The position numbers were made by a program, and so were the translations under genes. A stretch of DNA of 64,000 nucleotides, taken from positions 32,001-96,000 of the IMG/VR virus record IMGVR_UViG_3300010998_000002; one strand, 5' to 3'. The DNA is from a virus. Its lineage: Duplodnaviria > Caudoviricetes. This document shows, piece by piece, positions 29,296-38,598 of the stretch. Below the pieces are notes generated by a model. The model saw only the letters and a program-made list of their open reading frames with translations. It did no database searches and was not told where the DNA came from. Numbering within the stretch: position 1 is the first letter of the stretch; every line of letters starts with the position of its first letter.

Positions 29296-29427
29296 AAATA
29301 TTAGACTTAAAAATTTTAGTTTTGAAAAGCCGTACTACGAGAGGGTTCGTAGTCGGTATTTTTATATCAATGCTCATTTTTGAAAGTTTAAGTATAAGGA
29401 TATAACTTTATACCTAAATAAAATAAA

Positions 29428-29451
29428 AACGCCAAATTTTTGTTTGGCGTT
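29428..29451. terminator. Terminator between convergent gene blocks
   Basis: AACGCCAAA/TTTGGCGTT stem with A/T flanks. Confidence 0.65.
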
Positions 29452-29478
29452 AATAATATTATTATAGAATTATGAAAA

Positions 29479-29847
29479 CTATTGATTTTTTTCTTTAACT
29501 TCTCTTATCATATCATATATAATATCAATCTTTTCCATTCTAGGTAAAATTTGCGCTACAGTTTCTTCAACTTTAGCAATACGAAAATCATGCTTATCAG
29601 CCATTTCTTTTGTAAAAAATTTATCATCTACATCATGCATAATTTCGTTTTGCACCTTTCTAACTTTTTCACCCATATCACCAAATGATTTTGTAAAAGA
29701 AAGTTCTATATTATGTATGCTTTCGGTAAATTGTTTTTCTAATTGAGTGCCGGCATCTTTTGAAGTAAAAAGATATTTACCGACAAAGCCAATGATTATA
29801 CAGACGAGTATTACTATTAGTGGATGTGCGAGCATTATTGATTCCAT
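29479..29847 (-). CDS. Holin-like membrane protein
   Basis: N-terminal TM helix plus coiled coil, next to the endolysin. Confidence 0.5.
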   Translation of the reverse strand: MESIMLAHPLIVILVCIIIGFVGKYLFTSKDAGTQLEKQFTESIHNIELSFTKSFGDMGEKVRKVQNEIMHDVDDKFFTKEMADKHDFRIAKVEETVAQILPRMEKIDIIYDMIREVKEKNQ

Positions 29848-29900
29848 TTATTTTTCTCCATTTTCATATTCTACATAATACTATCTTATAATCATCAAAA

Positions 29901-30425
29901 TTAAATATATTTTAAATTATTTTTATTTTTAACTTTATTAACTATATACCATTTAACTTTATTTCTTATAAAGTTTCCGACATTTTCTTTGTTTGCTGTT
30001 TCTTTAGGATATGATGGTATAAAGATTATATCCACTTTTCCGCTAGGTTTTTTTAACTTTCTATCTCTTTCGTAATGTGTTTGAACTTCATTTACGTTTA
30101 TATTATATTTAACACATAATTCAGCCAATACATAAAATGCTAATTCAATTTGTTGTGCCGTAATTGGATATGTAGGTGAAGTATTTGTTTTAAAATCATA
30201 ATTTAGATTTGCACAAATAGCAACTCCGATATTTCCTGTATTTGCTAAAGCACAATGCGGTGCATATTTTCCATCACCTGTATTATCATTATCTTCTGGT
30301 TTGTATATACCTTTTTTAACATACGCTTGTTTTGTTTTAGGATTATAAGCAATCATGTAATGATAATCATTAAAAAATTGTTCATATCTGCCTACCGTAT
30401 GATGTAATGTTATTCTATAGGGCAT
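29901..30425 (-). CDS. Endolysin, N-acetylmuramoyl-L-alanine amidase (Amidase_2-like)
   Basis: ITLHHT, YHY, APHC...NTGNIGVAI, VQTHYE. Confidence 0.8.
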   Translation of the reverse strand: MPYRITLHHTVGRYEQFFNDYHYMIAYNPKTKQAYVKKGIYKPEDNDNTGDGKYAPHCALANTGNIGVAICANLNYDFKTNTSPTYPITAQQIELAFYVLAELCVKYNINVNEVQTHYERDRKLKKPSGKVDIIFIPSYPKETANKENVGNFIRNKVKWYIVNKVKNKNNLKYI

Positions 30426-30435
30426 TATGTTCTCC

Positions 30436-31314
30436 TTATTTAATACGAACTACATAATATCCACTACCGTTAATCGGTCTGCATTCTGTAACTCCATTTT
30501 GATAAACACTAGATGAACGAGAAGCATCAAATGCCAATGTTTCAAACCAACCTCTCGTACCATCACAACCATTACCGGCTTGTGCTTGACGATAAAAACA
30601 GCCTGTTGGATTTTTAGGTAATCCGGTTTCATTTTCTTGCGAATCAAAGAATGTGCCTGTGATATTTGGTGATGCACTACCTTGTATAGTACCAAATACA
30701 CGACCCCTATCTCTATTCGTGCCACCATCCCAACCACGAATAAACATACCACGATAATCTGGTACGTTAAATGTAGTAGAGCCATTTCCAGCACCAAAGG
30801 CAGTTCCAACCATTGCAAAATATCCTGCATAAGTAGTACGAGAAATAGCACGCCCATCACATGGTACTACGACAACATCTGCCGGAAGTGAAGGTATAGT
30901 TGGATAAGACAAACATTTAACTTCTCCTAGCCACATACTACCATTAATTGCCTTATCAACATATTCTTTATTAACAGCATCCGTATTATTAGACGGTGTA
31001 TAAGTTAATGTAATTTTATTATTGCCCATATTAAGCAATCCTGTCATTACACCGCCTGCTTTAGATAATTTATCATTATATAATTCTTCAATATAATCAA
31101 CTATCCATTTAACAGTAGAATGAACTTGATACCAAAACATATTAAATTTATTTGCATCTGGTCTTGATGTTAAATCTGTTTCAGTTTCACCGTCATTATT
31201 ATAACCATCAAGAATTTCACCGGTAGTCATAGCCGATTTTGAACTATTATTACTTGCAAATAATGTATCAAATGGTAATATATTATCGCCTGTCGGTTTT
31301 ATAGGGTATGACAT
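30436..31314 (-). CDS. Tail fibre protein with tail-collar domain
   Basis: DAVNKEYVD, PCDGRAISRTTYA, GNGSTTFNVPDYRGMFIRGWD, ECRPIN. Confidence 0.85.
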   Translation of the reverse strand: MSYPIKPTGDNILPFDTLFASNNSSKSAMTTGEILDGYNNDGETETDLTSRPDANKFNMFWYQVHSTVKWIVDYIEELYNDKLSKAGGVMTGLLNMGNNKITLTYTPSNNTDAVNKEYVDKAINGSMWLGEVKCLSYPTIPSLPADVVVVPCDGRAISRTTYAGYFAMVGTAFGAGNGSTTFNVPDYRGMFIRGWDGGTNRDRGRVFGTIQGSASPNITGTFFDSQENETGLPKNPTGCFYRQAQAGNGCDGTRGWFETLAFDASRSSSVYQNGVTECRPINGSGYYVVRIK

Positions 31315-31790
31315 TATTTTCCTTCCTGTTGTTTCTTCTCTTTATCCCATCCACAAAATTTTTGAAAATTATCAACTGCTAAAAACATAACTCTGCGTTT
31401 AATTTTATTAACGCCTGCTACTCTTAATAACCTTTCAAAAATAATAGAACTTAAATATCTATCATATCCAATAAAATCATGATTTTCACATAATTTATCA
31501 TGAATCATAGACGGTATTCTAAATCTATTATCTGATGGACTTCCTATTAAATTCCATAAGCCAAAAGGAATATTAGCGCCATTCCAACGATAATGTTTCT
31601 CTACAGGAAATATATAAGTTTTATCACCATATTTAACAGTAACTTCAATTTCGTGTAAAAGTAAATAAGGTTTTTTATTAATGTCTTTTATTTCTTCTGG
31701 CGTAGAATTTGGAGTTGCATTTAATGTTTCTGTTCTAGGCATACGACTAAATTGTATAGTAACTATTTCATCTGCATACCAAGTAATCAT
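31314..31790 (-). CDS. DUF1353-like protein
   Basis: NGANIP...SMIHDKLC motif. Confidence 0.65.
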   Translation of the reverse strand: MITWYADEIVTIQFSRMPRTETLNATPNSTPEEIKDINKKPYLLLHEIEVTVKYGDKTYIFPVEKHYRWNGANIPFGLWNLIGSPSDNRFRIPSMIHDKLCENHDFIGYDRYLSSIIFERLLRVAGVNKIKRRVMFLAVDNFQKFCGWDKEKKQQEGK

Positions 31791-31826
31791 AACATTATCT
31801 CCTATTTATTATTATAGTAATTATTA

Positions 31827-32045
31827 TTACTTATCTTCTTTTTTAAATATATCGTTTATAATATCAGTTGCTTTTTCTTTTATGATAGCAAAGATTTCTT
31901 CTTTCTTTTCTTCAAGAAATGAAACAACTGCTTCTTTAACTTTTTCTAAAATTTCATCTTTGTTTTCAAGTAATTTTGCTTTATAGTTTTCAATCTGTTT
32001 AGCAATTACTTTTTCTACGATTCTGTCCAAGAATTTCATACTCAT
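31827..32045 (-). CDS. Small coiled-coil protein
   Basis: AAGGAG RBS. Confidence 0.65.
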   Translation of the reverse strand: MSMKFLDRIVEKVIAKQIENYKAKLLENKDEILEKVKEAVVSFLEEKKEEIFAIIKEKATDIINDIFKKEDK

Positions 32046-32166
32046 TTCTCCTTATTATGTTTTGATGGATTTTTGCCGATAGGAATGGTGATTTGGAATC
32101 TCCAACCACCATGTATATCTGTCGGCATTATCCGAAAGTATTTAAACCAATTAATTATTTTATTTA

Positions 32167-32535
32167 TCATAATGCACCTAGTTTTGTTAAGGTTTGCAAT
32201 ATGCCTTCTATATATTTATCACCGTTAAAATTCGGTAATTTTATACCCATAAATTGAGATAAATAACGAACTATATTTTCTTTAACGGCATATCTGCGAA
32301 TATCATCACAACCCCTCGCACAATTATTTTGTTTGGTTGCCAAGACAAAATTCTCCAAACAGGATTTACCACCCTGCGAGTGTGGTTTCAAATGTTCTAA
32401 TGTAACATTTTTAGGCGTTAATTTATCACCATAAAAGCCATAAATAACTTTTGGGAATTTTCCTTTTTTATATAAAGTTTTTAATGGTGAATTATAACCA
32501 AATGAAATTGGGTTGGGGTTAGATTCTATTCTCAT
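32167..32535 (-). CDS. HNH endonuclease-like protein
   Basis: TLEHLKPHSQGG...NFVLATKQNNCARG. Confidence 0.8.
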   Translation of the reverse strand: MRIESNPNPISFGYNSPLKTLYKKGKFPKVIYGFYGDKLTPKNVTLEHLKPHSQGGKSCLENFVLATKQNNCARGCDDIRRYAVKENIVRYLSQFMGIKLPNFNGDKYIEGILQTLTKLGAL

Positions 32536-32538
32536 ATA

Positions 32539-33258
32539 TTAGTCCATACTTGTATAACATTTTGCGATTAAGGCTTCAAGATACGTTAATCTTGAATCAA
32601 AAGTAGAATATCTTGTTTCTAATTCTGTAGTTTTTGCTAAAATGGTTGCAACGTCAATTTCTGACGTATTAACTATCGTATCACCCACACGATAGTACAA
32701 AAGTTTATTACTTGAAATATACTCTGTATTATTGTTATCGCTATATACCGTAACAGACCTATTATCATTTACTTTGTTTAATAAAGAAGTATCTAATGTA
32801 AATTGTTGATACCACTTTGTTCTAGGCAAAATAAATTCTTCATTTGTTTGGTCTAATACATAGAAATCTGCAATTCCTGTGTTTACAAATAAACTATAAA
32901 CCGCAGATTTTTGACTAACATCTGCTATATATCTGCCGTCAGCCGTCAGTTTACATGGAATATTCCGATAAGTTGTACTGACGGCACTTGCATCATTATA
33001 TAATTCAATTATTTTATCAACTGCTGTTGAATAAGTGCTAGTGATGGTTGAACCCTGCAATGCCCAACCAACCGCTTCATCACCAGATAATACATGGTCT
33101 GCTACCATCATAAAAAATAATGGTAAATTAGAGCCACCGCCACCACTTGCATTATCAACATAAGTTTTTATTGCCTTTTGGCTAGGAACGAGATAATCAG
33201 AAGCACTTGCACCACCTAAACTTGTATCAGTATCTAGGTTGTAAAATTTTTGTGCCAT
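32539..33258 (-). CDS. Tail fibre-associated protein
   Basis: SQKAIKTYVD fibre motif; shares a domain with the DGR target. Confidence 0.6.
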   Translation of the reverse strand: MAQKFYNLDTDTSLGGASASDYLVPSQKAIKTYVDNASGGGGSNLPLFFMMVADHVLSGDEAVGWALQGSTITSTYSTAVDKIIELYNDASAVSTTYRNIPCKLTADGRYIADVSQKSAVYSLFVNTGIADFYVLDQTNEEFILPRTKWYQQFTLDTSLLNKVNDNRSVTVYSDNNNTEYISSNKLLYYRVGDTIVNTSEIDVATILAKTTELETRYSTFDSRLTYLEALIAKCYTSMD

Positions 33259-33265
33259 TTATCTT

Positions 33266-34762
33266 TTATCCTATAATTACTGCCTTATATGTTCCTGCTG
33301 TTATGCTTGCACTTGCATTCATTTTAACAACGATATTGCTTGCACTACAACTAACTTCACAAATTACTTCATCACCAGATGATACTTCTTTAATCATAAC
33401 ATTAACATCTGCATCACCTAGAGTATTTGAGATTGTCCAAGTAGCAACACCACTTGAAGGAGTTAATGCAGGGTTAGTTGCTGTTAATTTGCCTGTTTTG
33501 CCTGCTAATGCTGTAGCAATTGCCTTTTCGGATGCTAAAGCAGAATCGCTTGCGCTTGAAGTTGCACGAACCGATGTTTGTAATACACCAGATTTCAAAT
33601 TAGAAGTTGTTAAATTTGAAATTGTATTATTATCAGCATCAATTGTTTTATTTGTTAATGTATCTGTGCTAGATGCTGTAATGAATGAACTTGTATCAAC
33701 AAATCCTGCAAATACATCATATTTATAAGTACCAGATGTATATTCAACGATTACAACATTTGTTCCTGCTGGATATGTGATACCAGCACCTTCAACGAAG
33801 TCCGCAGTTGTTGTAAATTCTGCTGACATATTATACATCCAGCCAACGTGTGCTTTAACCAATGTGCCTAAACTTGCTACATCTGCTACAGATGCTTTAG
33901 GTATAATTACACTTGCTACAGCATTAGCAATAGCAGTTGCAACAGCACCAGAAGTAATTAATTTGCTTGAACTTTCTGTAACTGTCGTATCAACTTTTGC
34001 AGAAATTTGACCGCTAGTATTACCATATCCTAAATAATTTGCAGAACCACTAGCAATAGATAAATCTGTTAATGCAATTTTTGATGTGATAGAATTAATA
34101 TCACTTGCAGTAACCGTTACACCATCAAGAATGTTTAATTCTGCCGTAGTAATTGTTGCACCATCTAAAATATTAACTTCATCTTTAGATGCTGTAACAT
34201 CTGTAATTTTTGCTAAAGTTAAATTTGGTATATCTGATGCTTCAAGCGTTGTTCCTGCTGTAACTTGACCTTCTGCATTGATAGTAAGTTTTGTGTAAGT
34301 TCCTGCTGTTGGTTTTGTAGCAAGTTTATCAACTTTGCCTGCTAATTGCTTTGGATTAACAGCCAATACTTCGGAAGTACCTGTTATTACTTCTGCATCT
34401 GTAGCAATTTCAATAATACCTTTTGCAGATGTTGATGCTTCTGCTACCTGTGCTTTTAAGCCATTAGCATTTTGAGAAAGTGTAACATTACCAGCATTTG
34501 CGCCACTAGCAAGATTTAATTCAACTTTGCCAGCATCATCGCCTGTTAATTCTTTTACACCATTTTGGAAAGTATATACTTTTCCTTGACTTGTTGCATC
34601 TACCCAAGATGTACCGTTGTAAATAAGCCATGTTTTGTTTGCCGTATTCCAATAGTGCTGACCTTCAACCGGTGCGGAAGGTGCTAACGCAAGATTGTGT
34701 TCAACGGCGTTTTGAATTTCATTTTGATTTAAGTTTAAATCTGATAATACTTGTTTTGCCAT
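33266..34762 (-). CDS. Tail fibre / structural fibre protein
   Basis: A/T/S-rich repeats, KGIIEIAT, GTYTKLTINAEGQVTAG, TLTNKTI. Confidence 0.7.
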   Translation of the reverse strand: MAKQVLSDLNLNQNEIQNAVEHNLALAPSAPVEGQHYWNTANKTWLIYNGTSWVDATSQGKVYTFQNGVKELTGDDAGKVELNLASGANAGNVTLSQNANGLKAQVAEASTSAKGIIEIATDAEVITGTSEVLAVNPKQLAGKVDKLATKPTAGTYTKLTINAEGQVTAGTTLEASDIPNLTLAKITDVTASKDEVNILDGATITTAELNILDGVTVTASDINSITSKIALTDLSIASGSANYLGYGNTSGQISAKVDTTVTESSSKLITSGAVATAIANAVASVIIPKASVADVASLGTLVKAHVGWMYNMSAEFTTTADFVEGAGITYPAGTNVVIVEYTSGTYKYDVFAGFVDTSSFITASSTDTLTNKTIDADNNTISNLTTSNLKSGVLQTSVRATSSASDSALASEKAIATALAGKTGKLTATNPALTPSSGVATWTISNTLGDADVNVMIKEVSSGDEVICEVSCSASNIVVKMNASASITAGTYKAVIIG

Positions 34763-34776
34763 TATAAATTTACTCC

Positions 34777-35190
34777 CTAATTTAAAATTGCTTTACCCTT
34801 AAAAGGTGCTTTCATTGTAATTATGCAAGTATTAGTATCAATATGAGTAATTTCACATACTACTTCTGTACCAGCACTATCTACAACTGTCGCCGTTGGG
34901 TATTTGCCTAAATTGTGATTAATTATCCATTCAGCAGAAGATTCATTTTGTTCATGAACAAAGTTTTTATCTTTATATTTTTCTATTTGTTCAATGGTTT
35001 GTTCTATGACATCTTCTATTTGTTCAATTGCAGTTTCTAATTGTTCTGCATATTGTTCGGCTAAATCAGCAGATTCTTTGGCTTTTTCTGCCCAAGATTT
35101 TGCTTGATTAGCATTTATACTCCCTCTGGTTTGTTGGCAATCAGAGTAAACCCTAATACCAACTTTATCATGATTATACATTCGTTGCAT
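34777..35190 (-). CDS. Structural accessory protein
   Basis: WIINHNLGKYPTATVVDS motif; AKSWA heptads. Confidence 0.6.
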   Translation of the reverse strand: MQRMYNHDKVGIRVYSDCQQTRGSINANQAKSWAEKAKESADLAEQYAEQLETAIEQIEDVIEQTIEQIEKYKDKNFVHEQNESSAEWIINHNLGKYPTATVVDSAGTEVVCEITHIDTNTCIITMKAPFKGKAILN

Positions 35191-35584
35191 CTACAATACC
35201 CTCAACTATTTTAGGATAAACGTAGAGTCTATTCCATTTTCCAAAATAGCCACCATCGCAACAGCGACATTCTCCAACATGCAATGTATCTTCAAGTCCT
35301 GTTTCGGGGTCGCATAATTTAACTCCCCAATAAAACATAGAGCATTGACGGTTTATAGGTACTTCAAGTTTTTCAGACATTGCTTTTGTGATTTCAAATT
35401 CAACTTCATCTAAACCTTCACTATCTATTTTTAATTCGTCAAATATTAATTCTCTAGTTTCTGGATTTCTGATGGCTAAATATACTTCATAACTTTTATC
35501 GGTAGGTATGCCATCTACGACAATACTGCCGGTGTCGCCCTGTATAATTTTTAAAACGCCATTTTTGGTAACTTCAATTGACAT
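35174..35584 (-). CDS. Structural accessory (BppU-like Ig-fold) protein
   Basis: IIQGDTG N-terminal motif; own promoter. Confidence 0.45.
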   Translation of the reverse strand: MSIEVTKNGVLKIIQGDTGSIVVDGIPTDKSYEVYLAIRNPETRELIFDELKIDSEGLDEVEFEITKAMSEKLEVPINRQCSMFYWGVKLCDPETGLEDTLHVGECRCCDGGYFGKWNRLYVYPKIVEGIVDATNV

Positions 35585-35640
35585 ACTTATCCTCTTGTTC
35601 TAAATATATTATAGAAATTTTTTGAGATTTCGTAAACTAA

Positions 35641-36273
35641 TTATCCCAAATTTATTTCTCCAATATTTAATGATGTATCAACTGCCAACATTTCTGCTAT
35701 TGCCTGTCCTTTAAAATTAGCAATCCAAGTAGATGTATTTAATTGTTTAACAGTTGCTTGTTGTAGTATAGTGGTGTACTTATCTTCAACACCGAAACAA
35801 TCCGTATCTATCATTTTTGTAGCAAAGTTTTTAATTGCTATAAATTGTTCTCTTGTAAAATTCAAGAATGTTGGTTTGCCTTCTAAATCATAACATTTCC
35901 AATGATTTATAACTTCAATTTCTGGATTACTAACAACGTCTAAATATTTTGTCGTTGTCATTAGAATAGATGTTGCGTTTGTTTCAAAAATATAACTACT
36001 ATTAAGTGTTACACCACCATAAGCGACTTTTGCTTTTAATTGATATAATTGTTCTTGTAATTCTTTTGCAATTTTAACTGCATTTAATTCTTTTTCTTTA
36101 TCAGTTCCGGTAATATCAACTAATTGACCTTCAATAACATAGGCTTTATCTCTATCAACTATTGCATCATTTTCTTGTTCTGTAACTGTAATATAAGGTT
36201 CTGCAACATCAAGATGTTCTGGGTATGCACCTATTACTTTGCCGGTTTCTGCATTATATCTAACTTTAATCAT
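35641..36273 (-). CDS. Tail fibre assembly-like protein (DUF4376-like)
   Basis: Position after fibre/DGR; GGVTL...FET...WK pattern. Confidence 0.5.
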   Translation of the reverse strand: MIKVRYNAETGKVIGAYPEHLDVAEPYITVTEQENDAIVDRDKAYVIEGQLVDITGTDKEKELNAVKIAKELQEQLYQLKAKVAYGGVTLNSSYIFETNATSILMTTTKYLDVVSNPEIEVINHWKCYDLEGKPTFLNFTREQFIAIKNFATKMIDTDCFGVEDKYTTILQQATVKQLNTSTWIANFKGQAIAEMLAVDTSLNIGEINLG

Positions 36274-36599
36274 TATGCTTGTACCTCATTTTGTTGTCTA
36301 TAATCTTCTAAAGCCTGTGTAGGATTATCAATAATTTCTTCTGCTTCTTCTACAGTAAATCCTAAACGGAATAATTTTGCATACTCATCTTCTTTTAATT
36401 CTAATTGAAGAATATCATTATCTGATTCTTGTATCATGTGAGTTTCATCATCAATACCATCTTCTTTTTTTGCTAAAACTGCTACTATTTGCCAAGTATA
36501 TCTGTCATCTAACAAATCTTGTAATGTTGCAATGGCAGACACCATATCCTCATACAAATAGTTGAAAAAATCTGCTTTTGTGTTTAAGTAATATACCAT
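36273..36599 (-). CDS. Acidic hypothetical protein downstream of DGR RT
   Basis: GGAG RBS; LNTKAD...KLFRLGFTVEE. Confidence 0.7.
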   Translation of the reverse strand: MVYYLNTKADFFNYLYEDMVSAIATLQDLLDDRYTWQIVAVLAKKEDGIDDETHMIQESDNDILQLELKEDEYAKLFRLGFTVEEAEEIIDNPTQALEDYRQQNEVQA

Positions 36600-36612
36600 G
36601 TCTAATCTCCAC

Positions 36613-36924
36613 TTATGTTAAAGTATAATAATTATTTTGTTTTATAATAACAGCACAAAAAGGTAATTTGCTTTTATATTTCATTATTTGTCTTTCTAAT
36701 ACTTGTGAAGTAGTAAAAAATATTTTGTACTGTGGAATATCGTCAATATATTCAGTTATAACTTGTATTTTATTATAAGTTTCACCTTTCTTAACTTTAC
36801 TAGGTTCTTTTTTAATTCCTGTAATAAGAACTTCCTTATTTAAAATTTCATCAATTTTAATTTTGTCGCCTTTTAAGAACTCGTCATTTTCAAATTCGCA
36901 ATACTTTGGGTAATCTTGAAACAT
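36613..36924 (-). CDS. Small protein overlapping the DGR RT 3' end; candidate accessory factor
   Basis: 103 aa, overlaps RT by 52 nt; beta-rich pattern, not Avd-like. Confidence 0.65.
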   Translation of the reverse strand: MFQDYPKYCEFENDEFLKGDKIKIDEILNKEVLITGIKKEPSKVKKGETYNKIQVITEYIDDIPQYKIFFTTSQVLERQIMKYKSKLPFCAVIIKQNNYYTLT

Positions 36925-37928
36925 CGTTTAACTTCTCTTATCCTATTTTCTAAATTGATATGCTTTCTAAAGTTATGACTATTCGCCCATCGTGTATATC
37001 CTTCAACGGAAGATAAGTGAGATAGCATTTTTTCGGGATGAATATGACCTTTATCATATTCTTTATATAATTTCTTTAATCGGCGGATTATTCCTCTTGC
37101 TGTTCGTTTTCTTAAAAGAATATATCCTTTAAAATAACGATACCCAAGAAAATCCACTCCTCTTGAAACATGAAACAAATCACATTTACTCATCATTAAA
37201 TGTAATTTTGTATCTAAAAATTCTTCTATTCGTTTTGCAAAATCACGAAGTTGTTTTTTATCATTGCTAAACACTAAAAAATCATCACAATATCTGATAT
37301 AATCTTTAGCCTTTAATTCTTGTTTAATAAAATAATCTAATTGTGTTAAATAAATATTGCCAAACCATTGACTTGTTAAATTGCCTATTGGACAATTAGT
37401 TTCGCCTTCAAATGAATAAATAATATCCTTTATTAACCATAAAACATTTTTATCTTTAATTTTTCTTTCTATTAGATTATATAAAACTTGATGATTTATG
37501 CTAGGATAAAATTTTTTAATATCCATTTTTAAGCAATATTTATTTCTTTGAGCATAACTATTGGCTCTAACTAATCCTGCATGTAATCCTCTATTTGGTA
37601 TGCAGGCGTATGTATCTTTTATAAAAGTTCTATGAAAGATAGGTGCTATTACATTCATTAAAGCATGTTGTAATATTCTATCTGGAAAAAATGGTAATAT
37701 ATAAATTACTCTCTTTTTAGGTTCATAAATTATTCTTGTATTATAATTTGCTGTTGTAAAATTATGATTTATTAAATCTTGTTGTAATTTTTTTAAATTA
37801 CCTTCAACATCTTTTTCAAATCGTTTAACAGATTCTAAATTTCCTCTGCCTTCTCTTGCTTTTGTATAGGCTAAATAAAGATTTTCATAAGAAATTAATC
37901 TTTGCCATAAATTTCCATATCGTTTCAT
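36873..37928 (-). CDS. DGR reverse transcriptase
   Basis: EPKKR, PDRILQHA, KMDIKKFYPSI, PIGNLTSQWFGN, YIRYCDDF, GVDFLGY. Confidence 0.96.
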   Translation of the reverse strand: MKRYGNLWQRLISYENLYLAYTKAREGRGNLESVKRFEKDVEGNLKKLQQDLINHNFTTANYNTRIIYEPKKRVIYILPFFPDRILQHALMNVIAPIFHRTFIKDTYACIPNRGLHAGLVRANSYAQRNKYCLKMDIKKFYPSINHQVLYNLIERKIKDKNVLWLIKDIIYSFEGETNCPIGNLTSQWFGNIYLTQLDYFIKQELKAKDYIRYCDDFLVFSNDKKQLRDFAKRIEEFLDTKLHLMMSKCDLFHVSRGVDFLGYRYFKGYILLRKRTARGIIRRLKKLYKEYDKGHIHPEKMLSHLSSVEGYTRWANSHNFRKHINLENRIREVKRCFKITQSIANLKMTSS

Positions 37929-38154
37929 TTGGTAATGTTTCTTCTAATATTATTATACGAAAAATTACAAAAATAATAAACACCCTCACTTTCGCTAATG
38001 AAATCAACTACTAGCGAAGGTGTTTTAATTGCTTTGTATTTTGCTTATTCAATCTTTCAGAATAAACAGGGTTATGGATTCAGCCTGCATATATTACATA
38101 CACCCTAGCAATTACAGGATGCGAATATAAATAATATTCAAGTAATATTACAAT

Positions 38155-38268
38155 CTCACGCCACGACAACCGTTGTTGGCATTCACGTTAGAACGAGTAT
38201 TATTCGCATTACGAGAACGAGAACCGCAGTTAGTGGAGTTATTCCAATTACCGCCTGCTTTCAGGATA
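38155..38268 (-). repeat. DGR template repeat (TR)
   Basis: 114 bp ungapped match to VR; AAY-codon rich; all 18 differences are TR adenines. Confidence 0.96.
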
Positions 38269-38598
38269 ATAACCCATAACCTTTTCTCACCCATCATGCA
38301 CTCTTTGAAATCAAACTTCCACAAAATTATTTTACAACGGTTTTATGGAAGTGAGATTATTCAAAGAGTTTAGACAGGGTATAGCGAGAAGTGGGTAATC
38401 TTTTGGGTAATCTATTCACTATATATTATATGTTTATTAATTATACACTTTCCGATTTGCGGTGTGGCAAGCCACACATACGAGTAGCGCTGTGCGACCT
38501 TCGTTTTGTTCGTAGCAACGAGAAGTCGGAACATCGTGTTAGACGAGGAGATACGCCCCTTTATCGTCTAAAACCCTCGCTACGCTTGGGTTTCCGTC

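Noticed and set aside
30450-30860. Alternate-frame ORFs inside fibre genes (also 39111-39362)
   Set aside because: Fully nested in well-supported CDSs, with no independent signals.
36873-37928. RT as a group II intron or retron
   Set aside because: GNLTSQ signature, short length and a clean TR/VR pair identify a DGR.
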